Numbered from the stretch's first letter, positions 43,274-55,366 are shown. The stretch is DNA of 64,000 nt from Candidatus Latescibacterota bacterium (GCA_965219455.1 OZ244744.1:5664001-5728000); one strand, 5' to 3'. Translations and numbers: made by a program. The notes: generated by a model not told the origin, from the sequence alone.

Positions 43274-44344
43274 CTACCTCCGGGTTCGCGCAAGCAGGCC
43301 AACGCCCAGACTCAAAAACAGGATATTGGCCGCCCAAGCGCTCCACAATGGTGGCAGTATGCCGTTCCAGCCCATCACCCGCCCGGCCTGAATGCACCCA
43401 TAATACACAAACGAGATCAATAAACAGATACCCACGAGAAGGGGCTTGCCCGCGCCTTGGGTTCGGGAAGAAAGGGAAATGCCAAATAACACCATCACGA
43501 ACCCGGTAAACGGGAACGACAGACGCATGTAACGCGCGACCCGGACCCGAACAACGTCATCCCCCATTCTCCTTTTGCGCAGAATAAGGGTGGTGAGTTC
43601 GGAAAAACTCAACTCATCCGCAGAGCGAACGTCCCGGCCCAGATCTTCGGGCCTCAGTGTGATATCGCGCGCAGGCATCGCCGTGAATTTGATTACGAGT
43701 TCTCCTCCGTCTGTTGAAAACTTCCGCACTTCGCCCCTGCGAAACGTCCACCCCCCGGTCTCCCACTCCATCTCTTCGGCGCGCAGTTTCTCGACCAGAC
43801 GCACTCCGTCATACCTGTCCAGCGTCACCTGCGTCCCGCGCGCTTCATTTCGGAAGTAGGTGCCAACCGAGAGGATTTGCCCGTTTACGTCCTGCAGGAC
43901 AACCTGCGAGACGATGGGTGCGAACACGGCTCGACGTTTTCCCTGAACAACAGCCGCACGTTTCCGGTTTGCGCCCGGCATCACCGTGTCGGTCAGGAAG
44001 AATGATGCCGCACAGGCTATAAGAGCAGCCGCCAAAACCGGCGCGGCAATATTGTAAAGCGAGATACCCGCGGACTTCATTGCGGAAAGCTCTCCGAAAC
44101 GTGCGAGATTGCCGAAACAGAAGAGACTGGCCAGCAACATCGCCATGGGCAAAATCAGAATTCCCATATAGGGAATGGAGAGCGCGTAATACGAGACAAT
44201 CGTGCCAACGCCCACCCCTCTGTCTATGAAGCCACTGAGTCGGCCGGCCAGGTCCACAACCACAAAAACGGCCAGGAATCCTGAAAAACACAGCGCAAGG
44301 TATACGAAGAATTGCTTCTGTACGTATCGGCTCAAGATACGCAC
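43274..44344 (-). CDS. lptG: LPS export permease LptG
   Basis: MRILSRY (GTG 44344 overlapping lptF), GELSAMKSAGISL, PPLWSAWAAN. Confidence 0.85.
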   Translation of the reverse strand: MRILSRYVQKQFFVYLALCFSGFLAVFVVVDLAGRLSGFIDRGVGVGTIVSYYALSIPYMGILILPMAMLLASLFCFGNLARFGELSAMKSAGISLYNIAAPVLAAALIACAASFFLTDTVMPGANRKRAAVVQGKRRAVFAPIVSQVVLQDVNGQILSVGTYFRNEARGTQVTLDRYDGVRLVEKLRAEEMEWETGGWTFRRGEVRKFSTDGGELVIKFTAMPARDITLRPEDLGRDVRSADELSFSELTTLILRKRRMGDDVVRVRVARYMRLSFPFTGFVMVLFGISLSSRTQGAGKPLLVGICLLISFVYYGCIQAGRVMGWNGILPPLWSAWAANILFLSLGVGLLARTRR

Positions 44345-45630
44345 GGTCTCGTCCTCCACAGACCGAAACGCCACTCGAGCAAGGTACCGAATACCAGCCA
44401 CGAGCCGCATGAGAGAACAATGAAATTTGGGCTCCACATGGCAGCCCACGGCGGCACGTATCCGCGATCGGCCAGCGTTTCTCCGCTGATCAGACAGAGC
44501 CACCACAGAAGAAAAAAACCTATGCTGATTCCTGCCCCGACAGCGGGGCTACCCCCGCGTACCCGGATGCCGAGCGGCGCGCCGATTAAAATGAAGACAA
44601 TGCATGCAACAGGAATCGAGAGCTTTTTGTGGATCTCAACCCGGTACCGATCCGCCTGCCGGAGTTTGTGATTTCGAATTTCGCTGTCGGTTCGGAACTG
44701 CATGGCCAGGTGCGCGATCATCCCGAAAGGTCGGCGTACCGTGTCGGGCTCAAGAAGCAGACGTCTCAATGCGGCACCCACGCTGTCAGCGGCTTCGGCC
44801 TGCAGGGCAGCCGCTTCCTGCTGATAAGCGTTCACGCGGTCCATCATCGCACCCAATCCCATCTCTCTGTCCGTCCGGTAGTGCGACATGGTGCGAATCA
44901 GCTGCCGGCCGGCTTCTCCAAGCCGCAGGTTCTTTTTTTTGAAACGGGCTCGTATGTAGACATCCGGATCTGCCTGATCCACCCGATGCCACTCTCCGTG
45001 CTCCAACGTCACCAGCGCTTCGTCACTTTCCCTGTCAATTCGAATCCGGCCGGTTTCGGCGGCAATGGATACCGGATAACCGCCCGGTTCGTATTTATAA
45101 ATCAGGACATCCTTTAGAATCGAAGTCCGCCTGTCGATATCGCCTATCAGAATCCTGTAGTTGGCGAAATCCTGAATGAAAACACCGCTCCGGTCCTCCA
45201 GGGCGACAGCGGGGCGTTTTCGCTGAATGTCCCCCATTAGCAACCGGGCCCGATAGTTGAATTCCGGCAGTACCTGGTCATTGAAGATTACCAGCGCGAG
45301 TGCGAGCGTGATGCCAGCCAATAACACCGGCCAGATCACACGGAAGATTCCGATGCCCAGCGCATGCATGGCAGAAATCTCACCGTCGGCGCTCAGTCGT
45401 CCGAATGCCATCAGGGTGGCAACCAGTACCGCCATTGGAACTGCCAGGGCAATCATCCAGGCGGTATTCAAAAGAAACAACTCCAGAACAACACCCGGTG
45501 CAATTCCCTTACCCAGCATCAGATCCATCTTCTGCAGAATCAGGTCAACCACCAGGAGAAACATAATGACGGAGAAGCCGAATACAAACGGCGCGACATG
45601 CTCCTTAAGCACATATCCGGACAGCACCAT
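44332..45630 (-). CDS. lptF: LPS export permease LptF
   Basis: YVLKEH..PF, RLSADGEISAM, VEIHKKLSIP..LIGAPLG, AMWSPN. Confidence 0.85.
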   Translation of the reverse strand: MVLSGYVLKEHVAPFVFGFSVIMFLLVVDLILQKMDLMLGKGIAPGVVLELFLLNTAWMIALAVPMAVLVATLMAFGRLSADGEISAMHALGIGIFRVIWPVLLAGITLALALVIFNDQVLPEFNYRARLLMGDIQRKRPAVALEDRSGVFIQDFANYRILIGDIDRRTSILKDVLIYKYEPGGYPVSIAAETGRIRIDRESDEALVTLEHGEWHRVDQADPDVYIRARFKKKNLRLGEAGRQLIRTMSHYRTDREMGLGAMMDRVNAYQQEAAALQAEAADSVGAALRRLLLEPDTVRRPFGMIAHLAMQFRTDSEIRNHKLRQADRYRVEIHKKLSIPVACIVFILIGAPLGIRVRGGSPAVGAGISIGFFLLWWLCLISGETLADRGYVPPWAAMWSPNFIVLSCGSWLVFGTLLEWRFGLWRTRPCVS

Positions 45631-45914
45631 GCCACGTCTCCTGGGAACCGCGTGTTTACAAAAGCGTTAAAGATCCAGGCACCGGAAGACGCCGGAATAT
45701 ACGGGTTTTTTTTTCCCACGGAAGCCCTTTCTCATCACATCACAGGATCCGGGATCTCGATCCTTCTTCTTAACTCACTGTTTCTGTTTGTCTTATTTAT
45801 GGATCTTCCGGTTCGGATTTTCCCTTGATCTTTAACACGGGGTTCGGTATTATTAGTCTAACTCTTAACCTCTACGTGTGGTCCCGCCCCGGAATAAGAC
45901 TTTCCAATTCACGT

Positions 45915-48900
45915 ATGCACACCCCATACATCTCCAAAGCTTCACGAAGGGGATTGACCCTCCCGCTGCCTACGGTCATCGCTTGCATTCTCAGCACGTG
46001 TCTTCTGGCCGATTCGGATACCCTCCGCGCCGAACCGGGTATTCAACTCTCTTTCGGAAAGACACCCGCACACGTCTTCCATCGTTCTCCCGTCAAGCTG
46101 ACTTATTCCAGTTCCACTGCCTTTCAGCCGCTTTTTCGGCAACGGCGCCAGTTCACCCAGACGGTCACCCGCCTGCTGAACACGGATACCGGAACGCTGA
46201 TGGTTTATCGAGCCGCCGGCGACGTGGTCCATGGCATACCAGCGGTCATCACCCTGAAAAGCCTATCCGCTTACAAATTCGATGCTGATTTTGGTCGCGT
46301 GGCCGCAGAAAAACTCAGCGTGCCGGCACAAGCTCGCCGGGGCGTGGGTAGTGCACTGGTGGATATCAAGATACCCGTCAAAGTACCCAAGGCGCTCAGC
46401 GTAATTGCCGGCGAAGGCGACACCAATATCAAGATTACCGGATCCCGGCGCATCGATCTTTCCGGCGTGAATACCACCGTGGGTGGACAGGCCCAGACCG
46501 TTCGCGCACGGGCAGCCGAAGGCTTTACCGTCAATTTCGAGCAGCAATCCCAACTGAACGTGCAGGGCACCATCGGTGACCGCATTACGCTGAACCTCCA
46601 ACAGGACAGCCGCGGTCAGACCGATATCAGCGAATCGCTTCAATTTCGTTACGACGGAGACGAAGACGACATTGTTCAAGAAATTGAAGCGGGCAGGACC
46701 TCCCTCAGCCTGCCCGGCACCCGCCTGGTTGGCTTCAGTTCATCCAACCGAAGCGGGCTTTTCGGAATCAAGGGCCGCGGACGCCTGGGCGGATTGGACG
46801 TGACGGTGGTCACCAGCCACGACAGAGGCGCCAGCAACCGGAAATCCTTCCAGGGACAGGCAGAGGAGATCGCACATAGAATACGAGACTACGATTACGA
46901 AGAGAATCTCTACTTTTTTCTCGACCACGTGTATCGCCAGAGTTTTCCGGACGAACCCACCCGGCCGGATCTGGTGGACATTGGCTCTGTCCGTGTTTTC
47001 CTGAACGACTTCAACGATCGCAACGACATCGAGGAGCGCGCCGGACGCGGGGTTGCCTTTGCTTTCTGGACCGCCGGACCCATTCCAGAGCCCGACGCCA
47101 GCGTCAATGGCGAGCAGAGCGGGGGCATTGAAGAGGGGTTTTTCCACGAACTGGACCGCTCCGAGTTTCTGGTCGACGCCAGAGGATATCTGATCATGAC
47201 CCGTCGGAATATTCCACGAGGTCACACCCTTGCGGTCGCATACCGGACGGCCGATGGTCGGGTTTTCGGCGACCTGAATTTTATCCAGAACCCCTCAAAT
47301 CCGGATGCCAAGATCAGACTGAAACTCATTCACGCCCGACAGCAACGGCCGGAATTTTCAACGTGGGATCTGGCGTGGCGAAACGTGTATTACCTGGGAA
47401 GCCGCGACATCGAGCCGGAGGGCTTTGAACTGGAGGTCCTCAGAGATGTGGCCGGTCAGGAGGCGGTGGACAACCAGCGTGGCACGCCGTACCTCCGGAT
47501 CTTCGCCCTGGACAGACACACCAACGGCTCCTCGGAATCCTCGCCTCCGGACAACCTCATCGATATCGACGGCGGCACAAATCTGCCCGGACTTAATCTA
47601 CGCACAGGCCACCTGATTTTTCACGATCTGGAGCCATTTGGTGAACGCGGTGTCGGTGCAGAGGCGCTGTCAGACGACGCCCGGGTGCCCGAAATCTACA
47701 ACACCACCAATAACACCACACGCGCCCAAAAAGGACAATATTTCCTGCGCATCCGATCCAAGAGCAGGGCCACCACATTCAACCTGGGTTTTGGCCTGAT
47801 CGAGAACAGCGAAGAGGTTCTGCTGAACAACCGTCGCCTGACCCGTGGGCGGGACTACAACATCAAATATCAAATCGGCTCAATAGAGTTGGTTGGAGAG
47901 GCTGCAGACCTTGCGGCCGACCCTTCCGCCAACCTGGTGATAAATTACGGATCCAAGAGCCAGTTTGGTTTCGGAGGCGGGCAGAAAAGCCTTGTTGGCC
48001 TTCGGGCGGAACACCCGTTCAAGGACAACGTTTCGATGGTGGGAATAAGCCTGCTGTACGGTAGCGAAAGCGCCAACACTCAACGGATTCGCGTGGGCGA
48101 CGAGCCGGCCCGGACCCTGATCTGGGATATGAACGGCAGGTTCCGTTTCAAGCCACAGATCCTCACCGACTTCGTCAACAAGCTGCCGTTTATCTCCACA
48201 CAGGCGCCCTCGGCGTTTAACGTCGACATGGAAATCGCGCAGAGCCTGCCCAACCCGAATACGAAAAATGTAGCGTACATTGATGATTTTGAAGGCGCCG
48301 AAAGCAGAAAATCGTTTTCCACGTTTAAATTCGACTGGTCCGCCGGCAGCTCCCCAAACCGGAACGGTCTCCAACTTTCGATGCCAAGGGGACGCCTTAC
48401 CTGGTACAATCTGGTGGACCGAGACCGCATTTCCGTCTACGACATACAGCCTGGGCGAGACGATATTCCCGCGGAAAGCAGCATCGTCGACGATGTTCTC
48501 AGTATCCGATTCGAACCCCATCGCACCAACGGTTTTCCTGAGACCTCACGGAACCCCGCCGGAGGCCTCCCGGAAAACTCCTGGGCGGGCGTTACGAGGT
48601 GCCTGTTTGGCATGGACTTCTCACGTTCCAAGTTTATCGAACTGTGGATCAGGGGGAATTCGGGACGGCTCCATATCGATCTCGGTGAAATCTCCGAGCG
48701 GGCCGATCTGCTGCTCGACCACGCAACGTTTAATGCACCGCCGCCCGGTCAATTTCGCACCGAAGACCGCCCCCTGCCCGGGTTTCCCACGGGCGACGAC
48801 GTTGCCATTCCGGAAGAGGACATCGGCCTGGACGGCCTGACCGACGCCCAGGAAGATTCGGTCTTCCGCCTGATCTTCCCCGGCGTTACCGTGCCCGACG

Positions 48901-51900
48901 ACCCGTCGGACGACAACTTCAAGGACGTGGACCTCAACCAGGAGAACCTTCGCTTCCGGTACCCGTCGGGTGTGAACGGCACCCAGAACAACAATCCCGA
49001 GCGGGAACAGAGGCCGGATTCCGAAGACCTGAACCAGAACGGCATCCTGGACAGCCGTAACCATTACCTCCACTATAACGTCGATCTGGCATCCGATCGG
49101 GGCTGGAATGCGATGACGGGCGATTACGACGGACCTTCCATGCTCGTCGTGGGCAGCCAGTCGGATCCTTCCGACCGTCCCTGGAGGTTGTTGCGCATCC
49201 CATTGCGCGGCAACAATGCCCCGCGCACCGTCGAAGGCAATCCGGACACGACCTTCGCCGGCGTATTTGATTTTGCGAGAATCTGGATCGAACACGACGA
49301 CACGACCTCGCTCGACATCTACACACTTGCCGTGGTAGGAAGCGACTGGCTCGAAGATGAAACCCCCGAAGGACAGCAATCGGGAGACTTCAGAGTGGCC
49401 ACCATCGGTACCGACAACCAGGTCTATGAACTTCCGCCGGGCCTCGAACGGGAGACCAACCCGCAAACGGGAAGACAACTCCTCGAACGGTCACTCGTTC
49501 TCCGATTTGAAGACCTCTTTCCCGGCGAGAGCCTGACAGCTTCACGAACCTTTACGGAGGGGCAAGATTACACGCGATACGGTCTGATGACCATGTTCGT
49601 CCACGGCGGCAATCCCACGCAACCCACTTACGATGCCAATTTTCCCGCCGGACCCGATTCAACATCCGGAAGCTTCAGCCCGGTTGAACTGTTCGTAAAA
49701 TTTTCACCCATCGGTGAAGATACGCTCAACTTCTACGAGTACAGGAAGCCCATCTACCGGGGCTGGTCGCCAGAAACCAATACATTCAAAATCGAACTCG
49801 ATGTCCTTTCGCAGATCAAAGGAAAACTCACGGACCTGAAGGCCACGGGCCAGGCGTCCGACACCCTGCGCCTTTCCCTTCCAACAGACGAGATCCTGGC
49901 CGACTATGACAGAGAAGCCAATCAGATACGCGCAGACGTACACGGCGCCATATATACCGTGCGGGGCAACCCCGCGCTTTCAAAAATCAAGTCGTTCGTG
50001 ATCGGCGTCAGCAACGGGGGAGAATTTCTTCTGGAGGGAGAAAACGAGATCTGGCTGGATGAACTTCGTGTCGATCGAATCCGAAAGAAAAATGCCGTAT
50101 CCATGTTATTGAACGTACAGTCCACGCTGGCAAATCTGGGCAACGTGACCCTGAACCTGGAACGCCGGAGTGGCGACTTCCAGGATCTTCAGGGGCGCTC
50201 CACGGGCAATTCGACGACACAAATCAGCCTGAATGGTTCGCTGAATCTGAACAAATTCCTGCCCGATCAGTGGAACACCGCCATTCCGATGCGATACAAT
50301 TATCTCCGCAACGGTTCCGTTCCCCGTATTCGACAGGGTTCGGATATCGTCTTGACTGATCAGCAAAAATCCAAGGAGAGCGCGGTCCGCGCTTCGTCCC
50401 GGTTCAATGTCTCCATGCGCAAACGTCCGGCAACGCAGAACCCTCGCTGGATCGCCCGGCTCTTTTTCGACCGGATCAATGCGTCTCTGAACTTCCTGAC
50501 CAACAGCGCGGTCAGCGGCGCCATCACGCGGCGCCGGTCCAACAACGATCAGAATTTCAACGGTAGCTTCAGCTATGACGTCAGCTGGCCCACACAGCAG
50601 GGATTGAAAATCCTCAATTGGGTTCCGCGTTTGGGTTCCTATTTTCAGGAAGTCCAATTCTTCTACCTTCCGTCAACCCTTCGCTACAACCTGCGTTTTG
50701 ATCGTAAGAGCATTAACAGACGTTCCTTTTCCGCCGTTGAAGGCGACACGTCGGACGTCATCGCTGTATTGAACGAAACCTTCAACCTTAACGAGAGTTT
50801 CGTTGTAAAACTGACACCCTTTCGAAGCGTGAACGCCAACTATTCCCTCGCGGTGAACCGTGATCTCCGGAATTCATTCGATTTCTCCAAGCTACAGTTC
50901 GGCCGCGAAACCACGCGAAGTCAGAAAGTGGGCTTCAACTTCACACCTCGCGTTTCCAAGTGGCTCAGCATCAACACCGACTACTCTTCGGGCTATCGTG
51001 AGCGGCTTGAAACCGGGAGCCAGCGGATTTCCATTGGCAACGAACGCAGGGGTCTCACCGTGGGCAACAGCAGCCGTGTTGGCGCCCGATTCAGCCTGAA
51101 CCTTCCAGGTCTTTTTCGCCCTCTGGCCCGTCCATCGAAAGGCCAGGCCGGGTTTTCGGTAATCCGACTTATCGGCAGGCTGGGCGGAGCGCTGGATGCC
51201 GTACAGGTCAACGCCTTTCGCACTCGCCAATTTAATCTTTTTGGCCTGAGGCGTCGACCTGCGCTAAGATTTCAACTTGGCCTCACCGACACCACGATGT
51301 CGCCTCGTTACAGATCCGGGGGCGTTACACGCGTAAATACCAGAAACATCTCCGACAATGCCGATATCAAAGGCGCTGTCCGCCTGCCTGCCGGATTTCG
51401 AGGCTCTTCCGGGTTAAATTTTAACCATACCAGAAGTTTTGGCAACGCCAATAAGGAAGAACAGAAACTGGAGTTTCCCAATTTTTCAGCGCAGTGGAGG
51501 GGACTTGGGGAATTACCTGTCTTAAGGTGGATCTTCACCAGTTCCAATCTCAGCTTTAATTACAAGTCAAATCGTATCTTTCGGGGCGACGGCGGCCTGG
51601 GTGATAACGTCCTGACAAACGATACACGCAGAACGGAGTTCCGGCCCCTGATACGGTGGCAGGCCCGATGGAAGAACAAAATGTCAACGAATTTCAGTAC
51701 AAACCGCAGCCGACAGAACGACCTTCGTTACCAGCGCAACGTGGCCACCGACAGCACCGTCACACAGCCGACGCTGGAGGAGCGGCTGATTGGAACGACC
51801 ATAACCGAAACGTCTCAATTCACGGCATCCCTCAGATACTCACTGAGTTCGAAATTCTTCAGTAAGATGCAGAGCAACCTCGACCTCACCGTCGAGTACG

Positions 51901-52139
51901 GCACTAATAACAGTCTGAAAAAGGAAATTCCCCGAAGCGCGGAAGCCATAGAAGCCGCTGAGGCCGTTGTTCGCCAAAGAGATGATCGCTGGCACGCCAG
52001 TCTGGCCGGGCAATATCAGTTCAGCAGCAAATTCACCGGTGGTACCCGTTTCAGGCACGAGAATCGGAAGGACAAGCTCCGCGACCTGAACAACAGGGTA
52101 TGGGAATTCAAGGTATGGGGAGAGATTCGCTTTAACTGA
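45915..52139 (+). CDS. sprA: SprA/Sov-like large outer-membrane barrel (T9SS translocon homolog)
   Basis: About 2070 aa; YDGDEDDIVQEIEAG..GLFGIK, EEVLLN..LTRGRDYNI, YIDDFEG, RGRLTWYN, LHIDLGEISE, EDIGLDG, PDSEDLN, YEYRKP, IWLDELRV; ends EIRFN; start uncertain. Confidence 0.85.
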   Translation: MHTPYISKASRRGLTLPLPTVIACILSTCLLADSDTLRAEPGIQLSFGKTPAHVFHRSPVKLTYSSSTAFQPLFRQRRQFTQTVTRLLNTDTGTLMVYRAAGDVVHGIPAVITLKSLSAYKFDADFGRVAAEKLSVPAQARRGVGSALVDIKIPVKVPKALSVIAGEGDTNIKITGSRRIDLSGVNTTVGGQAQTVRARAAEGFTVNFEQQSQLNVQGTIGDRITLNLQQDSRGQTDISESLQFRYDGDEDDIVQEIEAGRTSLSLPGTRLVGFSSSNRSGLFGIKGRGRLGGLDVTVVTSHDRGASNRKSFQGQAEEIAHRIRDYDYEENLYFFLDHVYRQSFPDEPTRPDLVDIGSVRVFLNDFNDRNDIEERAGRGVAFAFWTAGPIPEPDASVNGEQSGGIEEGFFHELDRSEFLVDARGYLIMTRRNIPRGHTLAVAYRTADGRVFGDLNFIQNPSNPDAKIRLKLIHARQQRPEFSTWDLAWRNVYYLGSRDIEPEGFELEVLRDVAGQEAVDNQRGTPYLRIFALDRHTNGSSESSPPDNLIDIDGGTNLPGLNLRTGHLIFHDLEPFGERGVGAEALSDDARVPEIYNTTNNTTRAQKGQYFLRIRSKSRATTFNLGFGLIENSEEVLLNNRRLTRGRDYNIKYQIGSIELVGEAADLAADPSANLVINYGSKSQFGFGGGQKSLVGLRAEHPFKDNVSMVGISLLYGSESANTQRIRVGDEPARTLIWDMNGRFRFKPQILTDFVNKLPFISTQAPSAFNVDMEIAQSLPNPNTKNVAYIDDFEGAESRKSFSTFKFDWSAGSSPNRNGLQLSMPRGRLTWYNLVDRDRISVYDIQPGRDDIPAESSIVDDVLSIRFEPHRTNGFPETSRNPAGGLPENSWAGVTRCLFGMDFSRSKFIELWIRGNSGRLHIDLGEISERADLLLDHATFNAPPPGQFRTEDRPLPGFPTGDDVAIPEEDIGLDGLTDAQEDSVFRLIFPGVTVPDDPSDDNFKDVDLNQENLRFRYPSGVNGTQNNNPEREQRPDSEDLNQNGILDSRNHYLHYNVDLASDRGWNAMTGDYDGPSMLVVGSQSDPSDRPWRLLRIPLRGNNAPRTVEGNPDTTFAGVFDFARIWIEHDDTTSLDIYTLAVVGSDWLEDETPEGQQSGDFRVATIGTDNQVYELPPGLERETNPQTGRQLLERSLVLRFEDLFPGESLTASRTFTEGQDYTRYGLMTMFVHGGNPTQPTYDANFPAGPDSTSGSFSPVELFVKFSPIGEDTLNFYEYRKPIYRGWSPETNTFKIELDVLSQIKGKLTDLKATGQASDTLRLSLPTDEILADYDREANQIRADVHGAIYTVRGNPALSKIKSFVIGVSNGGEFLLEGENEIWLDELRVDRIRKKNAVSMLLNVQSTLANLGNVTLNLERRSGDFQDLQGRSTGNSTTQISLNGSLNLNKFLPDQWNTAIPMRYNYLRNGSVPRIRQGSDIVLTDQQKSKESAVRASSRFNVSMRKRPATQNPRWIARLFFDRINASLNFLTNSAVSGAITRRRSNNDQNFNGSFSYDVSWPTQQGLKILNWVPRLGSYFQEVQFFYLPSTLRYNLRFDRKSINRRSFSAVEGDTSDVIAVLNETFNLNESFVVKLTPFRSVNANYSLAVNRDLRNSFDFSKLQFGRETTRSQKVGFNFTPRVSKWLSINTDYSSGYRERLETGSQRISIGNERRGLTVGNSSRVGARFSLNLPGLFRPLARPSKGQAGFSVIRLIGRLGGALDAVQVNAFRTRQFNLFGLRRRPALRFQLGLTDTTMSPRYRSGGVTRVNTRNISDNADIKGAVRLPAGFRGSSGLNFNHTRSFGNANKEEQKLEFPNFSAQWRGLGELPVLRWIFTSSNLSFNYKSNRIFRGDGGLGDNVLTNDTRRTEFRPLIRWQARWKNKMSTNFSTNRSRQNDLRYQRNVATDSTVTQPTLEERLIGTTITETSQFTASLRYSLSSKFFSKMQSNLDLTVEYGTNNSLKKEIPRSAEAIEAAEAVVRQRDDRWHASLAGQYQFSSKFTGGTRFRHENRKDKLRDLNNRVWEFKVWGEIRFN

Positions 52140-52178
52140 TATCACAGCTTCGCCGATCGATCTCGACCACGCCCCGCA

Positions 52179-52583
52179 ATGAAAATCGGAGTTTGTATGT
52201 TTTCCTTTAATCGCAAAGAACGGTTTGTGTTGCTGGGTCTGACTGCCGCATTGCTGATCGGCGGCGCAGTCAATCTGATTGAACGGTATGGCGACCGCGA
52301 CCTCCCGGACTTTCACGTTCAAAAAGGCGCGGTACCCGTTCCCGATAGTCCGGGTAAAACGGAAATTGTGGAGCAGCACGCAGGCCCCATCGATCTGAAC
52401 CGGGCCTCAGCCGTACAACTCACGCGCCTGCCGGGCGTCGGCCCCAAGATCGCCCGGCGAATTGTGGACGATCGCAATACCCGTGGGCCGTTTAAATCCG
52501 TGGAAGACTTGACCCGGATAAAGGGGATTGGAAAAAAGACACTGGAAAGACTGAGTTCAAAGATTACGGTGAGCGCTCCATGA
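52179..52583 (+). CDS. comEA: ComEA-like HhH DNA-binding protein
   Basis: N-terminal TM; IDLNRAS..LPGVGPKIARRIV..GPFKSVEDLTRIKGIG. Confidence 0.88.
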   Translation: MKIGVCMFSFNRKERFVLLGLTAALLIGGAVNLIERYGDRDLPDFHVQKGAVPVPDSPGKTEIVEQHAGPIDLNRASAVQLTRLPGVGPKIARRIVDDRNTRGPFKSVEDLTRIKGIGKKTLERLSSKITVSAP

Positions 52584-53536
52584 GCAGGGCAACGGGGATC
52601 CATATCGCTGAAGAAATGCTCCGGCTGACCTGTTTGGAACGAACGCCGGCGGGATACCGCCTCTGCGGCTTATTCGAATCCCGACTGGTATCGCCCATTC
52701 TTCCCCGGTGGCCTATTCAACCTCGGGTTCGGCGATCCCTGAGTGAGAGCCTACAGGAGGGATTTGCCCAGGTGCAGGGCGCGCCGGGTGCCATCGTGCT
52801 GTCTCTCGGAGGTGGTTTCTTCCACCTGCAAAGGACTCCGCTTGAACTGGCGTCGTCCGAAGCCCGGCAGGAACACATCACCTGGGAGGCAACGCAGACC
52901 CTGGTCGACCCCGTCAACAGGTACGTCGTCGATTACGTCGCTGCCGGGCGAACAGCATTCTGGATTGCCATCCGCAAGGAGGTTTTCGAATTCTATTCTG
53001 ATTTGCTGTCGCCCCTTCGCGTGAGACAGTATCGGCTGGAAGCAGAGCCCCTGGGCCTGTTTTACGCCTGTCTGCTGGCGAAAACCGGAGCCGCATTCCG
53101 GGTTGCAGCCATCAGAGTTGGACATCCCTGGCTCCATTTTGTGGCGGCGGCGTCCGGAAATTTGATTTCGGCCGAGGCTGTCTGCCTGGAAAACCCGGGC
53201 ATGGTCAACGGGTTACCTGCGGACCACTCACGCCAATACTCGAACGAAGAAAAAACCGACGCCACAATACGTCGCTGGCTCGATGGAGGCGGCCACTCCA
53301 ACCAACGCAGACCCGACTTCCAACGGGTTCTGTTATGCGGCGAGGATCCCGAGATCGCGACCCTTGTGGAACGTGTCGAAATGCCTAATGGACCAAAACT
53401 CGAAACCCTCGCTCCCTTTTCGAACTGCACGACGGAGACACTTCCGGATTCACAGAAGCGTTTCCTGGTGAGCCCGTCCACGTTCAGCGTGGCTTGTGGG
53501 TTGGCTTATAGGGAACTCGCAAAGGATCAAATATGA
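52580..53536 (+). CDS. Divergent PilM-like (actin-fold) protein
   Basis: N-terminal TGIHI, ITWEA..VDY, late VLLCG and C-terminal VACGLAYR echo the PilM pattern; weak. Confidence 0.5.
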   Translation: MSRATGIHIAEEMLRLTCLERTPAGYRLCGLFESRLVSPILPRWPIQPRVRRSLSESLQEGFAQVQGAPGAIVLSLGGGFFHLQRTPLELASSEARQEHITWEATQTLVDPVNRYVVDYVAAGRTAFWIAIRKEVFEFYSDLLSPLRVRQYRLEAEPLGLFYACLLAKTGAAFRVAAIRVGHPWLHFVAAASGNLISAEAVCLENPGMVNGLPADHSRQYSNEEKTDATIRRWLDGGGHSNQRRPDFQRVLLCGEDPEIATLVERVEMPNGPKLETLAPFSNCTTETLPDSQKRFLVSPSTFSVACGLAYRELAKDQI

Positions 53537-54009
53537 CCGCGGCGATCTATCCTGGCACCTTCGACCCAGTGACATACGGCCATTTGGACTTGATCGAACG
53601 AACGGCGAAAATCTGCAGCCGGCTGGTCGTCGCCGTGGGTCTGAATCCCGATAAGCATCCGCTGTTTTCACCAGATGAGCGCGTCCGCATGATTCAGGAA
53701 GTCTCATCCCATTGTCCGAATGTCGAAGTCACAAAGTACAGCGGATTGCTCGTTGACTTTGCCAGGAGGACCGGCGTTTTCATCGTTGTACGAAGTCTGC
53801 GTACCACAACTGAATATGAGTTGGAAATCTCAATGGCGGTTGCCAACCGTCAGATGGAACCCCGATTGGAGGTTCTCTTCTTGATGCCCAGTCTTGACTA
53901 TGCGTATCTGAATTCTACCCTTGTTCGAGAAATCGCCCGTTTAGGAGGCGACGTGACCGCTTTCGTACCACCCGCTGTTGAAAATAGACTGAAGGCGAAG
54001 TTCCTGTAA
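53533..54009 (+). CDS. coaD: Phosphopantetheine adenylyltransferase
   Basis: AIYPGTFDPVTYGHLDLIER, STLVREIARLGGDV. Confidence 0.96.
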   Translation: MTAAIYPGTFDPVTYGHLDLIERTAKICSRLVVAVGLNPDKHPLFSPDERVRMIQEVSSHCPNVEVTKYSGLLVDFARRTGVFIVVRSLRTTTEYELEISMAVANRQMEPRLEVLFLMPSLDYAYLNSTLVREIARLGGDVTAFVPPAVENRLKAKFL

Positions 54010-54176
54010 CGATTCCATACGACAAGCCGAATACGAACGGCAACCCTGCAACCGACAAATCGATACCCTACCGCTCCGGGCACTCCGGCAGACTAATGGC
54101 TCCTCAGAGACAAGAACCGGGTCCGGCCTGATAAAATCACCCTCCACAGACGGGGCCAGGCGCTCCGAGTACCTGA

Positions 54177-55202
<1,026 letters not shown>

Positions 55203-55350
55203 TCGGACGCTGACAAACCCCGCCGGACCGGGCAAGCGATACCCTTTCTCGTGGCATCATCTCTGCAATATCCTTTCGAATCCCATACCGCTTCTGAAAG
55301 CCCCTTTCACCCCGCCGCGTCTTCTGTCCCGGAATACGGTGCTTTTTTTC

Positions 55351-55366
55351 TGGTACTTCTTTTGCA
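55351..55366 (+). promoter_or_regulatory. Putative sigma54 promoter upstream of dprA
   Basis: TGGTAC-N5-TTGCA (GG-N10-GC); a second match TGGCAT..TGCA at 55252-55267. Confidence 0.45.
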
